Source of the DNA: Candidatus Eiseniibacteriota bacterium
Lineage (GTDB): Bacteria > Eisenbacteria > RBG-16-71-46
Assembly: GCA_963744995.1 (NCBI GenBank)
Contig: CAVUWA010000011.1
Span: forward strand, 64,001-128,000
Length of the DNA stretch: 64,000 nt
Direction: 5' to 3'
Part shown: piece by piece, positions 1-9,593 of the stretch
How positions within the stretch are numbered: the first letter of the stretch is position 1
How the letters are laid out: every line of letters begins with the position of its first letter
Translations under genes and position numbers: made by a program
Notes under the pieces: model-generated
What the model was told of the DNA's origin: nothing
The model's input: only the letters and a program-made list of their open reading frames with translations
The model's database searches: none

Positions 1-2
1 CG

Positions 3-1184
3 GACGTATGCGTGGGCTGCGGCGCCTGCGTGCCGGTGTGCCCGGAGCCCGGTGCGATCCGGCTCGAGCACAAGCTGGCGATCGTGAACACCGACCTCTG
101 CAAGGGGCATGGCGAGTGCGTCGCCGCCTGCCCGGTGGGCGGCATCCTGCTGACCTCGGGCGATGCGGTGCAGCGCATCGAGACGCCCGACCTCGACGTC
201 TACTTCCAGTCCAACGTGCCCGGGCTCTACGTGGTCGGCGAGCTCGGCGGCCGCGGACTCATCAAGAACGCGGTGAACGAGGGCAAGCTCGCGGTCGAGC
301 ACGTCGCCAGGCAGATCCGCGGCAACAGCCTGTTCGCGCGGCGCAGCGGCGACGTCTACGACGTCGCGATCGTCGGCTCGGGCCCGGCCGGTTTGAGTGC
401 CGGCCTCGAAGCGCTGCGCGCCGGTCTGCGCTACGCCCTGCTCGAGCAGGGCGATCTGTCGGATACGATCCGCCGCTACCCGCGCCACAAGCTGCTGCTC
501 GCCGAGCCGGTGCGCATGCCGCTCTACGGCGATCTCTGGGTCGCCGACGCGTCGAAGGAGTCGCTGCTCCAAGTCTGGGACACCATGATTCGCCGCACCG
601 GCCTGCGCGTGCACACGCAGCAGCGCGTCGCGGGCGTCGAATGGCGCGGCGACCGGTTCGTGCTCGCCACCCCCGATCGCGAGTGGCACGCCCACCACGT
701 CGTGCTCGCGCTCGGCCGGCGCGGGACGCCGCGCCGCCTGGCCGTCCCCGGCGAGGAGCGCCCGAAGGTGTTCTACGACATCGTGGAGATGGAGGCCTTC
801 GCCGGCGCGCACGTGCTGGTGGTCGGCGGCGGCGACAGCGCGGTCGAGTCGGCCGTGGGGCTGGCCAACCAGGCGCACACGACGGTGACGCTCAGCTACC
901 GCGGCGACGCGTGCTCGCGGGTGAAGGCGCGCAACGTCGAGAAGCTCGAGGCCGAGATCGCGCGCGGCCGGATCCGCATGCTCTACGGCAGCCAGGTGCT
1001 GGAGATCGGCGAGCAGGACGTCACGCTCGACGTGCGGGGCGAGCGGCTCACGCTGCCCAACGAATACGTCATCGTCCGCATCGGCGGTGTGGCGCCGTAC
1101 GGATTCCTCGAGCGGATCGGCGTGCGCATCGTGACGCGCGAACTGTCGCTCGGGCAGGCCGCGCAGGCGGCCGCGGGAGCATGA
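3..1184 (+). CDS. 2x[4Fe-4S] ferredoxin domain fused to FAD/NAD(P)-dependent thioredoxin-reductase-like oxidoreductase (5' partial)
   Basis: Frame is open from the window edge. It has CVGCGACVPVCP and CKGHGECVAACP Fe-S motifs, plus IVGSGPAG (FAD) and VVGGGDSA (NADPH) motifs. Confidence 0.85.
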   Translation, partial: DVCVGCGACVPVCPEPGAIRLEHKLAIVNTDLCKGHGECVAACPVGGILLTSGDAVQRIETPDLDVYFQSNVPGLYVVGELGGRGLIKNAVNEGKLAVEHVARQIRGNSLFARRSGDVYDVAIVGSGPAGLSAGLEALRAGLRYALLEQGDLSDTIRRYPRHKLLLAEPVRMPLYGDLWVADASKESLLQVWDTMIRRTGLRVHTQQRVAGVEWRGDRFVLATPDREWHAHHVVLALGRRGTPRRLAVPGEERPKVFYDIVEMEAFAGAHVLVVGGGDSAVESAVGLANQAHTTVTLSYRGDACSRVKARNVEKLEAEIARGRIRMLYGSQVLEIGEQDVTLDVRGERLTLPNEYVIVRIGGVAPYGFLERIGVRIVTRELSLGQAAQAAAGA

Positions 1185-1191
1185 GCGGACC

Positions 1192-3030
1192 ATGCGCACG
1201 CTCCGGGTCATGCTCGCCCTCGCTCTGGCGGCGGCATCGGGAGCCGGTGTGGCCCGTGCGCAGATCTCGCCGGGGCCGCTGGCTCGGGCACACGCCGATC
1301 TCGACGGCTCGACGAACTGCCTCAAGTGCCACGTGCGGGGCGAGCCGATGAGCAACCGCTGCATGAGCTGCCACACCGAAATCGCCGGGGCGCGGAAGGC
1401 GCGCCGCGGCCTGCATGGTGGCAAGGCGACCGGTGCGTGCGAGAGCTGCCACCCGGATCATGCCGGCCGCGACTTCGCACTGATCCAGTGGGAAGGCGGC
1501 TCGAAGGAATCGTTCGACCACGCACAGGTCGGATGGGCGCTGGAAGGCGCGCACGCGAAGACCGCATGCGCCGACTGCCACAAGCCGGCGTTCCAGCAGC
1601 CGGAAGCGGCCGCGCGCATCCGGATCAAGGACCGCACGCGCAGCTACCTGGCGCTCGACACCCGCTGCAACACCTGCCATGAGGATCCGCACAAGAACCG
1701 CTTCGGCACGGAGTGCTCGAAGTGCCACGGCACCGCGTCCTGGGAGAAGGTGCGCGAGGACGGCTTCGACCACGAGCTCACCCGCTACCCGCTGCGCGGG
1801 CGCCACGCGAAGCTGGAATGCGCGGCGTGCCACGACGAGAACAAGGCCTGGGGGGCGAAGCCCGCGTTCGCCGCGTGCGGCGACTGTCACGCCGACGCGC
1901 ACGCCGGCCGGGCGCAGCTCGCCGGCCGGCCGGCCGACTGCGCCGCCTGCCACGACGTGCGTGGCTTCACACCCTCGACCATGCCGCTCGCCGAGCACGC
2001 GAAGACCGCATATCCGCTCGAGGGCCGCCACGCGAAGGTGGCATGCGCCCGCTGCCACCCGAAGGCCGCCCCCGCCGCACGCGCGGGGCACGGCACTGCG
2101 GGCGTGATCATGCGGCCGGGGTACGCGGCCTGCACGAGCTGCCACGCCGATGCGCATGGCGGCCAGCTCGCCGGGAAGGACGCGGCGTGCGGGCGCTGCC
2201 ACGACGTGCGCGGTTTCAAGCCGAGCCGTTTCGGCGTCGCCGAGCACGCGCGCAGCGGATATGCCCTCACCGGCGCCCACGCGGACGCGGCATGTGCCAC
2301 CTGCCACGGCGCCGCCCGCAGGGATCTGCCGGCTCCCGCCCGCGCGGCCGGCGCCGGCCAGGCGAAGTTCGTCTTCGCGATCGCCGAGCGCGCCTGCGCC
2401 GACTGCCACGCGGACGTGCATGCTGGATCCCTCACCGGCGCGCAGAAGGACGACCGCGGCTGCGCCGGCTGCCACGACACCCGGCACTTCGAACCCTCCG
2501 CAGTCGATGCGGCCATGCACGACCGGTACGATTTCCGTCTCGAAGGCGCGCACCGCGCGGTGCCCTGTGTGGCGTGCCACGAGAGCCTCGAGACCCGTCT
2601 GCGCGGCGCCGTGCTCAAAGGGGTCGCCCGGAAGACGACCCCCATCACGTTCGCGCACGAGGACCGCACCTGCGCCGGTTGCCACGCCAACCCGCACGGC
2701 GACCAGTTCGCGGCCCGCAAGGGCGGCCGCGCGTGCGAGACCTGTCACGACGTCGAGCAGTTCGAGCCGGCCTCGAAGTTCGAGCACGACCGTGACGCGA
2801 AGTTCAAGCTGGAGGGCGTGCACGCGCGAATCGCGTGCGCCGCCTGTCACAGGCCGGCCGGCCGCGGCAGCAACGCCAGCGTCGTCTACCGGGGCACGCC
2901 GACGGCGTGCGAAGCCTGTCACCAGGCGGGAACGAACGGCGGTTCGCCCCGCCCCGATGGTTCATCGTCGCGCTCCACGGGATCCGTCCCTGCCGCCCTC
3001 CGGGCGGCGCACGCGCGGGGAGGTGTCTGA
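1192..3030 (+). CDS. Secreted multiheme cytochrome c (20 CXXCH)
   Basis: Signal peptide ending ARA/Q. I counted 20 CXXCH motifs, with recurring FDH...L.G.H..CxxCH units. Confidence 0.92.
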   Translation: MRTLRVMLALALAAASGAGVARAQISPGPLARAHADLDGSTNCLKCHVRGEPMSNRCMSCHTEIAGARKARRGLHGGKATGACESCHPDHAGRDFALIQWEGGSKESFDHAQVGWALEGAHAKTACADCHKPAFQQPEAAARIRIKDRTRSYLALDTRCNTCHEDPHKNRFGTECSKCHGTASWEKVREDGFDHELTRYPLRGRHAKLECAACHDENKAWGAKPAFAACGDCHADAHAGRAQLAGRPADCAACHDVRGFTPSTMPLAEHAKTAYPLEGRHAKVACARCHPKAAPAARAGHGTAGVIMRPGYAACTSCHADAHGGQLAGKDAACGRCHDVRGFKPSRFGVAEHARSGYALTGAHADAACATCHGAARRDLPAPARAAGAGQAKFVFAIAERACADCHADVHAGSLTGAQKDDRGCAGCHDTRHFEPSAVDAAMHDRYDFRLEGAHRAVPCVACHESLETRLRGAVLKGVARKTTPITFAHEDRTCAGCHANPHGDQFAARKGGRACETCHDVEQFEPASKFEHDRDAKFKLEGVHARIACAACHRPAGRGSNASVVYRGTPTACEACHQAGTNGGSPRPDGSSSRSTGSVPAALRAAHARGGV

Positions 3031-4355
3031 TGCACGAGTCGACGCACGGATCGATGCGCACGAGCCCGGGACGGCGATTCCGTTTCGCCCGCGCCTTGGC
3101 GGTGGTGCTGATGGTCGCTCCACTCGCGGCGCTGGTGGCGCGTGCGGCCACGCGCGATCAGAAACCCGACCACTACCCGCACGGCTCGTTCAAGGGCGAG
3201 TGCTCCGACTGTCACGGCGCCCAGGGCTGGAAGCCCGCGCGCTTCAGCCGCAAGTTCAACCACGCGAAGTTCGGCTTCGCGCTAAGCGGCGCGCACGCCG
3301 CCGCCGACTGCCGGAGCTGCCACGTGTCGCTGGACTTCTCGGTCGAGAAGACGCGCTGCGAGTCGTGTCACGCCGATCCGCACCACGACGAGCTGGGGTC
3401 GGACTGCGCGCGCTGCCACACGCCGCGCAGCTTCATCGATCGCAGCGGCATGGTGCGCGCGCACCAGCTCACGCGCTTCCCGCTCACCGGCAGCCACACG
3501 GCGGTCGAGTGCGAGAGCTGCCACAGGCCCGCCGCGGCCGGGCAGATGCAGTTCGTGAACGTGGACGCCGCGTGCATCGGCTGCCATCGGGCCGAGTTCC
3601 AGTCCGCGAAGGAGCCCGATCACACCGGCTCCGGTTTCCCGACCGATTGCACGTCGTGTCACTCCACGATCTCGTGGCAGGGCGGCCGTTTCGATCACGC
3701 CCGCGTCGCCGGCACGCCGTGCACCCAGTGCCACCTCCCCGACTACCAGGCGACCACGGATCCGGACCACCAGGCGGCCGGGATTCCGCTCGAGTGCCAG
3801 AGCTGCCATTCGACGCTCGCCTGGCAGCCGGCGACCTTCGACCACGCCGCGGTGGCGGGCCAGGCCTGCACCCAGTGCCACATGGCCGACTACCAGGCCA
3901 CGACCGACCCGAATCACGGCGCCAACGGCTTCCCGCTCGCGTGCGAGTCGTGTCACTCCACCACCGCCTGGCAGCCGGCGTCGTTCGACCACGCGTCGGT
4001 CGCCGGCACGCCGTGCGCCTCGTGTCACACCGCCGACTACCAGGCGACCACGAATCCGGTCCACTCGAGCTCGGGCTTCCCGATGACCTGCGGCGACTGC
4101 CATGGCACGACCACATGGCTCGGCGCGACGTTCGATCACGATCCGTGGTTCCCGATCTACTCGGGGAGACACGCCGGAACCTGGAACGACTGCTCGGACT
4201 GTCACCAGATGCAGAACGACTTTTCGAACTTCACGTGCCTGACCTGTCACCCGCACGACAACCGGACCGAAACCGACGGCCACCACAGCGGCATGTCGGG
4301 CTACCGCTACGACAGCCAGGCGTGCTACTCCTGCCACCCGCGGGGGCGCACCTGA
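3030..4355 (+). CDS. Secreted multiheme cytochrome c (16 CXXCH)
   Basis: ATG at 3030 overlaps the upstream TGA and follows GGAGG. Hydrophobic signal segment; 16 CXXCH motifs counted. Confidence 0.92.
   Translation: MHESTHGSMRTSPGRRFRFARALAVVLMVAPLAALVARAATRDQKPDHYPHGSFKGECSDCHGAQGWKPARFSRKFNHAKFGFALSGAHAAADCRSCHVSLDFSVEKTRCESCHADPHHDELGSDCARCHTPRSFIDRSGMVRAHQLTRFPLTGSHTAVECESCHRPAAAGQMQFVNVDAACIGCHRAEFQSAKEPDHTGSGFPTDCTSCHSTISWQGGRFDHARVAGTPCTQCHLPDYQATTDPDHQAAGIPLECQSCHSTLAWQPATFDHAAVAGQACTQCHMADYQATTDPNHGANGFPLACESCHSTTAWQPASFDHASVAGTPCASCHTADYQATTNPVHSSSGFPMTCGDCHGTTTWLGATFDHDPWFPIYSGRHAGTWNDCSDCHQMQNDFSNFTCLTCHPHDNRTETDGHHSGMSGYRYDSQACYSCHPRGRT
3640..4140 (+). repeat. Intragenic tandem repeats of a roughly 40-aa two-heme unit (FDHxxVAGxxCxxCHxxDYQATTxPxH...P..CxxCH..T.W)
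   Basis: About three near-identical units, visible in DNA as recurring GACTACCAGGCsACsAC and TTCGAyCAC blocks. Boundaries are approximate. Confidence 0.8.
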
Positions 4356-6013
4356 TGCGGCGCCGGGGCCTGGCCGCGTCGCCGGCGGGCGTCGCGTGGC
4401 TCGTCCTGTTCGCGTGCGCCGCGTGGCCGGCACGCGCGGCGGCCGCGGACGCCGGCGGGGTCGCGGTGCCGGCGCCGGCCGCGCCGCGGATCGCCACGAC
4501 GAAGGTCGTCTACCTCGCCGGCGGCTCGGTGTACGTCGAGGCCGGGCGCCGCGACGGGATCGCCGAGGGTGATACGCTGGAGGTGCTGCGCGGCGCGCGC
4601 ACGATCGCCCGGCTGATCGTGACCGCGGTTTCGTCGCGCCGCGCGGCGTGCGACACGTTCGCGGTCGCGCTCGCTCCCGGGATCGGCGACCCGGTGCGCT
4701 ACACCGCCGCTCCGGCGCCGGCCGGGACGCCGGCGTCCACGGCGCCCGTTTCACTGCGGCCGCCGTCTTCCGAGGCCGAAGCCGGCGCCACGCCCCGCGC
4801 CGACGGCACGGCCGCGAAGCCGCGCCGCGGCGCGCGCGGGCGCCCCTGGCGCGGCCGCGTGGCGCTGCGCTACCTGTCGGTGGATCCCGGCGCGGGCGGG
4901 GGGTATACGCAGCCCGCGCTCGACGTGCGCGCGGACGGACGCGGCGCCGGTGCGACCCCGCTCGACCTGTCCGTCGATCTGCGCAGCCGGCGCACCTACC
5001 GCGGCGACCGCCAGGAGGACGTGGCGCGCGTCTACCGTGCGCTCGTCGCCGTCGGCGCGCCCGGCGAGCGGCGCCTCACCCTCGGCCGCCAGCTCTCCCC
5101 CGCCCTCTCGGCGGTAAGCGTGTTCGACGGCGCGCTGTTCGAGACCGCCGCGCACGGCCGGTGGCGGGCCGGAGCATTCGCCGGCACGCAGCCCGAGCCC
5201 GTCCGTTACCGTCCCTCGGGCGAGATCTTCGAAGCCGGCGCGTTCGCCGAGGCGCGCGCCACGCACGGCCCGCGCCACAGCTGGACGCTCACGATGGGCG
5301 CGGTGAACTCGCTCGCGCACGGCCAGGTGAACCGGCAGTTCGGGTTCGTGAACGGATTCTTCGTGCGGCCGAAGCTCATGCTCACCGGCACCCAGGAAAT
5401 CGATCTCAACACGGGCTGGCGGCGCACGATGGGCGACCCGGCGCTGTCGTTCTCGAGCACGTTCCTGTCGGCGCGCGCCGAGCTGCTGCACGGGCTCACG
5501 TTCTCGACCGGCTACGACGGCCGGCGCAGCGTGCGACTGTGGCGCGACCGCCTGACCCCGGAGACGGAGTTCGACGACGCCTATCGCCGCGGCGTGTGGA
5601 GCGGGCTCTCCGGCGAAGCCTTCGGCCACGTGCGGCTGACGGTGGACGGTCGCTGGAACGGCAGCGGCAGCCAGCGCTGGCGCTCGCAGTCGGCTTCGGC
5701 CGAGCTGTTCTCGCTGCCGCCCTTCGCCGCGCGCGTGCGATATCGGGTGACCACGTACCGCAACGATGTCACGCGCGGCGCGCTGCACGCCGCCGGGGTC
5801 GGGTTCGATCCGCTCACGCTCCTGCACCTGGAGTGGAACGCCGGCGTGCGGACCTCGCGCGACGACTTCAGCGAGAGCCGCACGGACTGGCAGTCGCTCG
5901 ACGCCGATCTCCATCTCACCCGCCGCGCCTACCTGATGATGACCGCGGAATGGGATCGCGGCGACGGCTTCGACGCGCGCCAGGCGCAGGCCGGCCTCTC
6001 CTGGATCTTCTGA
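4355..6013 (+). CDS. Putative outer-membrane beta-barrel protein with N-terminal periplasmic domain (porin partner of the cytochromes)
   Basis: ATG overlaps the upstream stop (TGATG). Signal peptide, Pro/Ala linker, alternating amphipathic strands and C-terminal beta-signal QAGLSWIF. Confidence 0.75.
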   Translation: MRRRGLAASPAGVAWLVLFACAAWPARAAAADAGGVAVPAPAAPRIATTKVVYLAGGSVYVEAGRRDGIAEGDTLEVLRGARTIARLIVTAVSSRRAACDTFAVALAPGIGDPVRYTAAPAPAGTPASTAPVSLRPPSSEAEAGATPRADGTAAKPRRGARGRPWRGRVALRYLSVDPGAGGGYTQPALDVRADGRGAGATPLDLSVDLRSRRTYRGDRQEDVARVYRALVAVGAPGERRLTLGRQLSPALSAVSVFDGALFETAAHGRWRAGAFAGTQPEPVRYRPSGEIFEAGAFAEARATHGPRHSWTLTMGAVNSLAHGQVNRQFGFVNGFFVRPKLMLTGTQEIDLNTGWRRTMGDPALSFSSTFLSARAELLHGLTFSTGYDGRRSVRLWRDRLTPETEFDDAYRRGVWSGLSGEAFGHVRLTVDGRWNGSGSQRWRSQSASAELFSLPPFAARVRYRVTTYRNDVTRGALHAAGVGFDPLTLLHLEWNAGVRTSRDDFSESRTDWQSLDADLHLTRRAYLMMTAEWDRGDGFDARQAQAGLSWIF

Positions 6014-6159
6014 GCGCCTCGGCCGGCCGGCCGCCGTCGCATTGGGGATTTCGCCGCGCTCTGGCATGCTCGCCGCGGCACATACCGGCGCCCCGCCCGT
6101 GCGGGGCGCGCCGCGGGCCGCGGCCACATCACCTTCGAACCCACGCGACGGAGATCCGC

Positions 6160-6567
6160 ATGAAGGGCAACACCGATCCCTGGACGTCCCTCGGCCTGCT
6201 GATCCTGCGCCTCGGGACCGGGGGCCTGCTGTTCTACGGCCACGGCTGGGGCAAGCTCCTCCACTTCGGCAGCCGCATTCACGGTTTTTCGAACCCGATC
6301 GGTCTCGGTCCCGAGGCCAGCTTCGTGCTGGTCGTCTTCGCCGAGGCCGTCTGCAGCACCCTCGTCGCGCTCGGCCTGTGGACGCGGCTCGCGGCGATTC
6401 CCATCGTGATCTTCGCGATCGTCGCAGTGTTCGGCCAGCACTGGCACGATCCGTTCGCGAAGAAGGAGCTGGCGCTGCTTTACGGGATTCCGGCGCTGAC
6501 GATCGCGCTCACCGGCGCGGGCACGTTCTCGCTGGACACGCTCCTCGGCGGGAAGCGGGGCGGGTAA
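6160..6567 (+). CDS. DoxX family membrane protein
   Basis: LLILRL..G..HGWGKL, FAEAVC..LGLWTR and G.G..SLD motifs; GGAG upstream. Confidence 0.85.
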   Translation: MKGNTDPWTSLGLLILRLGTGGLLFYGHGWGKLLHFGSRIHGFSNPIGLGPEASFVLVVFAEAVCSTLVALGLWTRLAAIPIVIFAIVAVFGQHWHDPFAKKELALLYGIPALTIALTGAGTFSLDTLLGGKRGG

Positions 6568-6577
6568 CGGCCGAGTG

Positions 6578-8215
6578 ATGCGCTTCGCCGGCGTCGCGCT
6601 CGCCGCCATCTGCGCGCTCACGCTGTTCACGGGACTCGATCGCGTCGGCTACCTCGACTGGCGCGAGGCCCGCGACGTCGAAGTCGCCCGCGAGATGATC
6701 ACGCGGCACGAAGTCCTGACGCCGCTCTACGGCGACGAGGCGCATCTCGAGAAGCCGGCTGCGGCCTACGGGCCGGAAGCGCTCGTGCAGCTGGCGACGG
6801 CGGGCTCGCCGGCCGCATCACGGCGGCTGCGCGCGATCTACGCGATCGTGCTCGTCGTGCTCACCGGCTCGATCGGCGCACAGCTGTTCGGCGTGCGCGC
6901 CGGCGTGCTCGCTTCGATCGTGCTTTCCACCTCGCTCATGCTGCCGCTCGCCGCGCGCATGGACGGCACGCAACTGCTGGCCACCCTGCTCGGCTGGGCG
7001 GGCGTGGCGGGCTTCGCGGACGCGCAGTTCGAGCGGCGACCGGGCGGCGGCTCGCGCCTGCTCGTGGCGTGGGCGGCGCTGGCCGCGGCACTGGTGATCG
7101 GCGGCCCGTTGCCCGCGCTCTGGCCGATCGGCGGCTGGGCACTCTATCTCGCGCTCGCCCGTTCGAGCGACGGCTGGCGGCGCATCGCGCTGCCGGCCGG
7201 CGTGATCATGATGATCGGCATCGCGCTCCCCTGGTACGGCGCGATGACCGAGCGCATGGGCACGGCGTTCCTTGCCCGCGTGCCGTTCTTCCCGTACGCG
7301 ACCGAAGCGCGCGGGCCGTGGTGGTCGGGCCCGGTCCTGACCGTTTCGTTCCTCGTGGTCGGATTCTTCCCGTGGAGCGCGATGCTGCCGGGGGCGCTCA
7401 CCCACGCGGCGATCTGGTGGCGGCGCGTCCTGCGCGCGCCGGTGCTCGGCGGGCGCGGCGACGCGCGCCACGATCCGATCGTGCGCGAAGTGCGCGAAGA
7501 GGGCGCCGCGCACTTCATGATCGCCTGCATGGCCGCGGCGCTCGCACCGATCGTGCTCTACCCGGGCGCGCCGCTCACGGCGGCGCTGCCCGCGGTGCCC
7601 GCGGCCGCGCTGCTGTGCGGACGCCTGCTCGATCACGTGTTCGAAGACCCCGCGCGCCTGCGCGCGCCGGTGCGCAACGCGGTGTTCATGCTGGCGTTCG
7701 TCGGCTCGGTCGGCGCGGTGCTGCTGGCGATGATCGGCCCGCGCATCCGCGAGGCCGAGCCCGAACTGCGGCTCGTGGCGACCGTGGTGTTCGCGACGTC
7801 GTGGCTGCCGCTGCTCGCGCATCTCGCGGGCCGCAGGCGGATCGCCGCGGTCGCGCTCGCACTGCCGGTGGCGATCGGCGCGCCGGTCGTGCAGCTGAAG
7901 CTGCTGCCGAAGATGGAGACCTGGCTCGACACCCGGGCGGTCGCAGAGGCGATGCGCGCCGCCGCCCCGGCCCGGGCGGCGCTGGTCACCCCGGCGCCGC
8001 CGCGCCCGTCATTGCGCCTCGACCTGGATCGCAACATCGTGGTCGCCGACTCGCTCGCCCGGGCGGTCGCAGCGCAACGGGCCAGCGATGGGCTCACCTA
8101 CATCGCATTCCGCCCCTACGACGAGGGCCGGGTCGCCAGCGACGCCGGCGGCACGCTCGAGATCATGCTGCGCACGCCGGCCCTGGTGCTGGCACGCGTG
8201 CATCCGGTGCGCTAG
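6578..8215 (+). CDS. ArnT/PMT-like GT-C membrane glycosyltransferase
   Basis: DWREARD..AREM and EKP motifs, LPWY, FFPWS and many TM segments. Confidence 0.75.
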   Translation: MRFAGVALAAICALTLFTGLDRVGYLDWREARDVEVAREMITRHEVLTPLYGDEAHLEKPAAAYGPEALVQLATAGSPAASRRLRAIYAIVLVVLTGSIGAQLFGVRAGVLASIVLSTSLMLPLAARMDGTQLLATLLGWAGVAGFADAQFERRPGGGSRLLVAWAALAAALVIGGPLPALWPIGGWALYLALARSSDGWRRIALPAGVIMMIGIALPWYGAMTERMGTAFLARVPFFPYATEARGPWWSGPVLTVSFLVVGFFPWSAMLPGALTHAAIWWRRVLRAPVLGGRGDARHDPIVREVREEGAAHFMIACMAAALAPIVLYPGAPLTAALPAVPAAALLCGRLLDHVFEDPARLRAPVRNAVFMLAFVGSVGAVLLAMIGPRIREAEPELRLVATVVFATSWLPLLAHLAGRRRIAAVALALPVAIGAPVVQLKLLPKMETWLDTRAVAEAMRAAAPARAALVTPAPPRPSLRLDLDRNIVVADSLARAVAAQRASDGLTYIAFRPYDEGRVASDAGGTLEIMLRTPALVLARVHPVR

Positions 8216-8233
8216 CGGCGCGGGCCGCTCCGC

Positions 8234-9346
8234 CTACGACGCCTGCCGCCGCGTGCCCTCGGCGAGCGCCACGATCATCGCCGCGGCTTCCCGGGCGTCG
8301 GCGGGCAGCAGGCCGATGCCTTTGGCGCGCAGCCAGTCCGGTTCACGCAGCGCGCCCGGCCCGCCGACCACGAGCAGCGGCGGCTTGCGCATCGCGGCGA
8401 GCCGCTTCGCGCTGCGGGCGAGGTCCTCCTTCGGCAGATCGAGGGTCGCCGACAGCGCCACGACGCGGACGCCCGAGCGGTGCATGGCGCGTTCGAGCGC
8501 AACCGACGGCATGTCGGCGCCGAGGTAGAGCGTGCTCACGCCTTCGAGACCGATCTCGAGGGTGAGCAGCATCAGCATGATGTCGTGCGCGTCCCCCGGC
8601 GCGCACGCGCAGAGCACGCGCGCGCTCTGGTGCAACGGACGGAGCCCGGCGAGGCTCGCACTCAGCCGTTCGCGCGCGAACGCCGACAGGAAGTGCTCCT
8701 GGGCGATCGCCTCCGGCGTCTCCCGGTAGCGGGCGCCGATGCGCGCGAGCGCGGGCGCCAGGGCTTCGTAGAACGCGTCGCGCAGCGAGTAGATGCCGAC
8801 GGCGCGCGCGAACGCCTGTTCGAGCGCCGCGCGGTCGAATCCGGCGGCCGCGCGCTCGATGGCGGCCGAGTACTCCGCGAGCGTCTCGATCGAACGCGCG
8901 CTGCGGCCGCGCCTCGGCACCCGGATGGAAACGCTGCCGCTCAACCCGACGTTCTCGAGCGACAGCGACACGGTGCGTGTCGCGGGTTCGCCTTCGCGGC
9001 GCGCCGTGCGGACCTGCCGCTTGCGCGGCGCGGCGGCAGCCTCGCCGTCGCCGTCCGCGGTCGCCTGTTCGAGGTGGCTCTCCACCTGGCTGATCGGGAT
9101 GCCCTGCTCGAGCACGCGCTTGATGCGCCGCAGGCGCTCGAGATCGGTTTCGGAATACAGGCGGTAGCCCTTCGGCGTGCGCGCCGGCCGGATCAGATGG
9201 TAGCGCCGCTCCCAGGAGCGGAGCGTGTTGGCGTTGATGCCGCTCAGGGCGCAGGCGGACCGGATCGTGTAGCGGGCGGTCTTGGGCACGGTTCGAAGTC
9301 CTTGTGCGTCGAAGCGATCGGCAGGCATTCCGTCCGGAGCATCCAC
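8234..9346 (-). CDS. MerR-family HTH plus cobalamin-binding domain regulator (CarH/LitR-like); start uncertain (9346, 9328 or later)
   Basis: TLRSWERRY..RT.KGYRLY MerR motif. B12 Rossmann features Y-x9-EH, PGDAHDI, YLG, LSAT and VGG. Confidence 0.85.
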   Translation of the reverse strand: MDAPDGMPADRFDAQGLRTVPKTARYTIRSACALSGINANTLRSWERRYHLIRPARTPKGYRLYSETDLERLRRIKRVLEQGIPISQVESHLEQATADGDGEAAAAPRKRQVRTARREGEPATRTVSLSLENVGLSGSVSIRVPRRGRSARSIETLAEYSAAIERAAAGFDRAALEQAFARAVGIYSLRDAFYEALAPALARIGARYRETPEAIAQEHFLSAFARERLSASLAGLRPLHQSARVLCACAPGDAHDIMLMLLTLEIGLEGVSTLYLGADMPSVALERAMHRSGVRVVALSATLDLPKEDLARSAKRLAAMRKPPLLVVGGPGALREPDWLRAKGIGLLPADAREAAAMIVALAEGTRRQAS

Positions 9347-9358
9347 CGGCGCGCCTCA

Positions 9359-9380
9359 TTGTGCATGGATTGTGCAAACA
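9359..9380 (-). promoter_or_regulatory. Tandem 11-bp direct repeats resembling a CarH operator
   Basis: Minus strand reads TGTTTGCACAA TCCATGCACAA, i.e. nnnnTnnACAn twice with exact 11-bp periodicity. A further copy (GGTTTGCACAA) lies at 9453-9463. Confidence 0.65.
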
Positions 9381-9593
9381 TGGACTTGGATGCACCGTGC
9401 AGCTGAATCGTTTGCGAAAAATACAGGCTGTTCCGGTGGCATCCCGGAAACCTTGTGCAAACCTGTCATGGACCTGGCCGGGGCATCGGAACGGGATCGG
9501 GCCGGCGCAGCGCTCCGGCCATGTGTCCGGGCGAGATGCCCGGGGCCGCGCCCGGGGCCCCACCCCGGCTCATTCCACACGGGAGCATTCCGC

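Noticed and set aside
3640..4140. Regularly spaced DNA repeats as a possible CRISPR array
   Set aside because: They are in-frame coding repeats of heme-binding units with similar intervening sequence, and there are no cas genes in the window.
2150..4354. Upstream extension of the 1287-aa ORF 2150-6013
   Set aside because: It overlaps the two cytochrome genes in another frame and is low-complexity R/P/A/T sequence. The real start is the coupled ATG at 4355.
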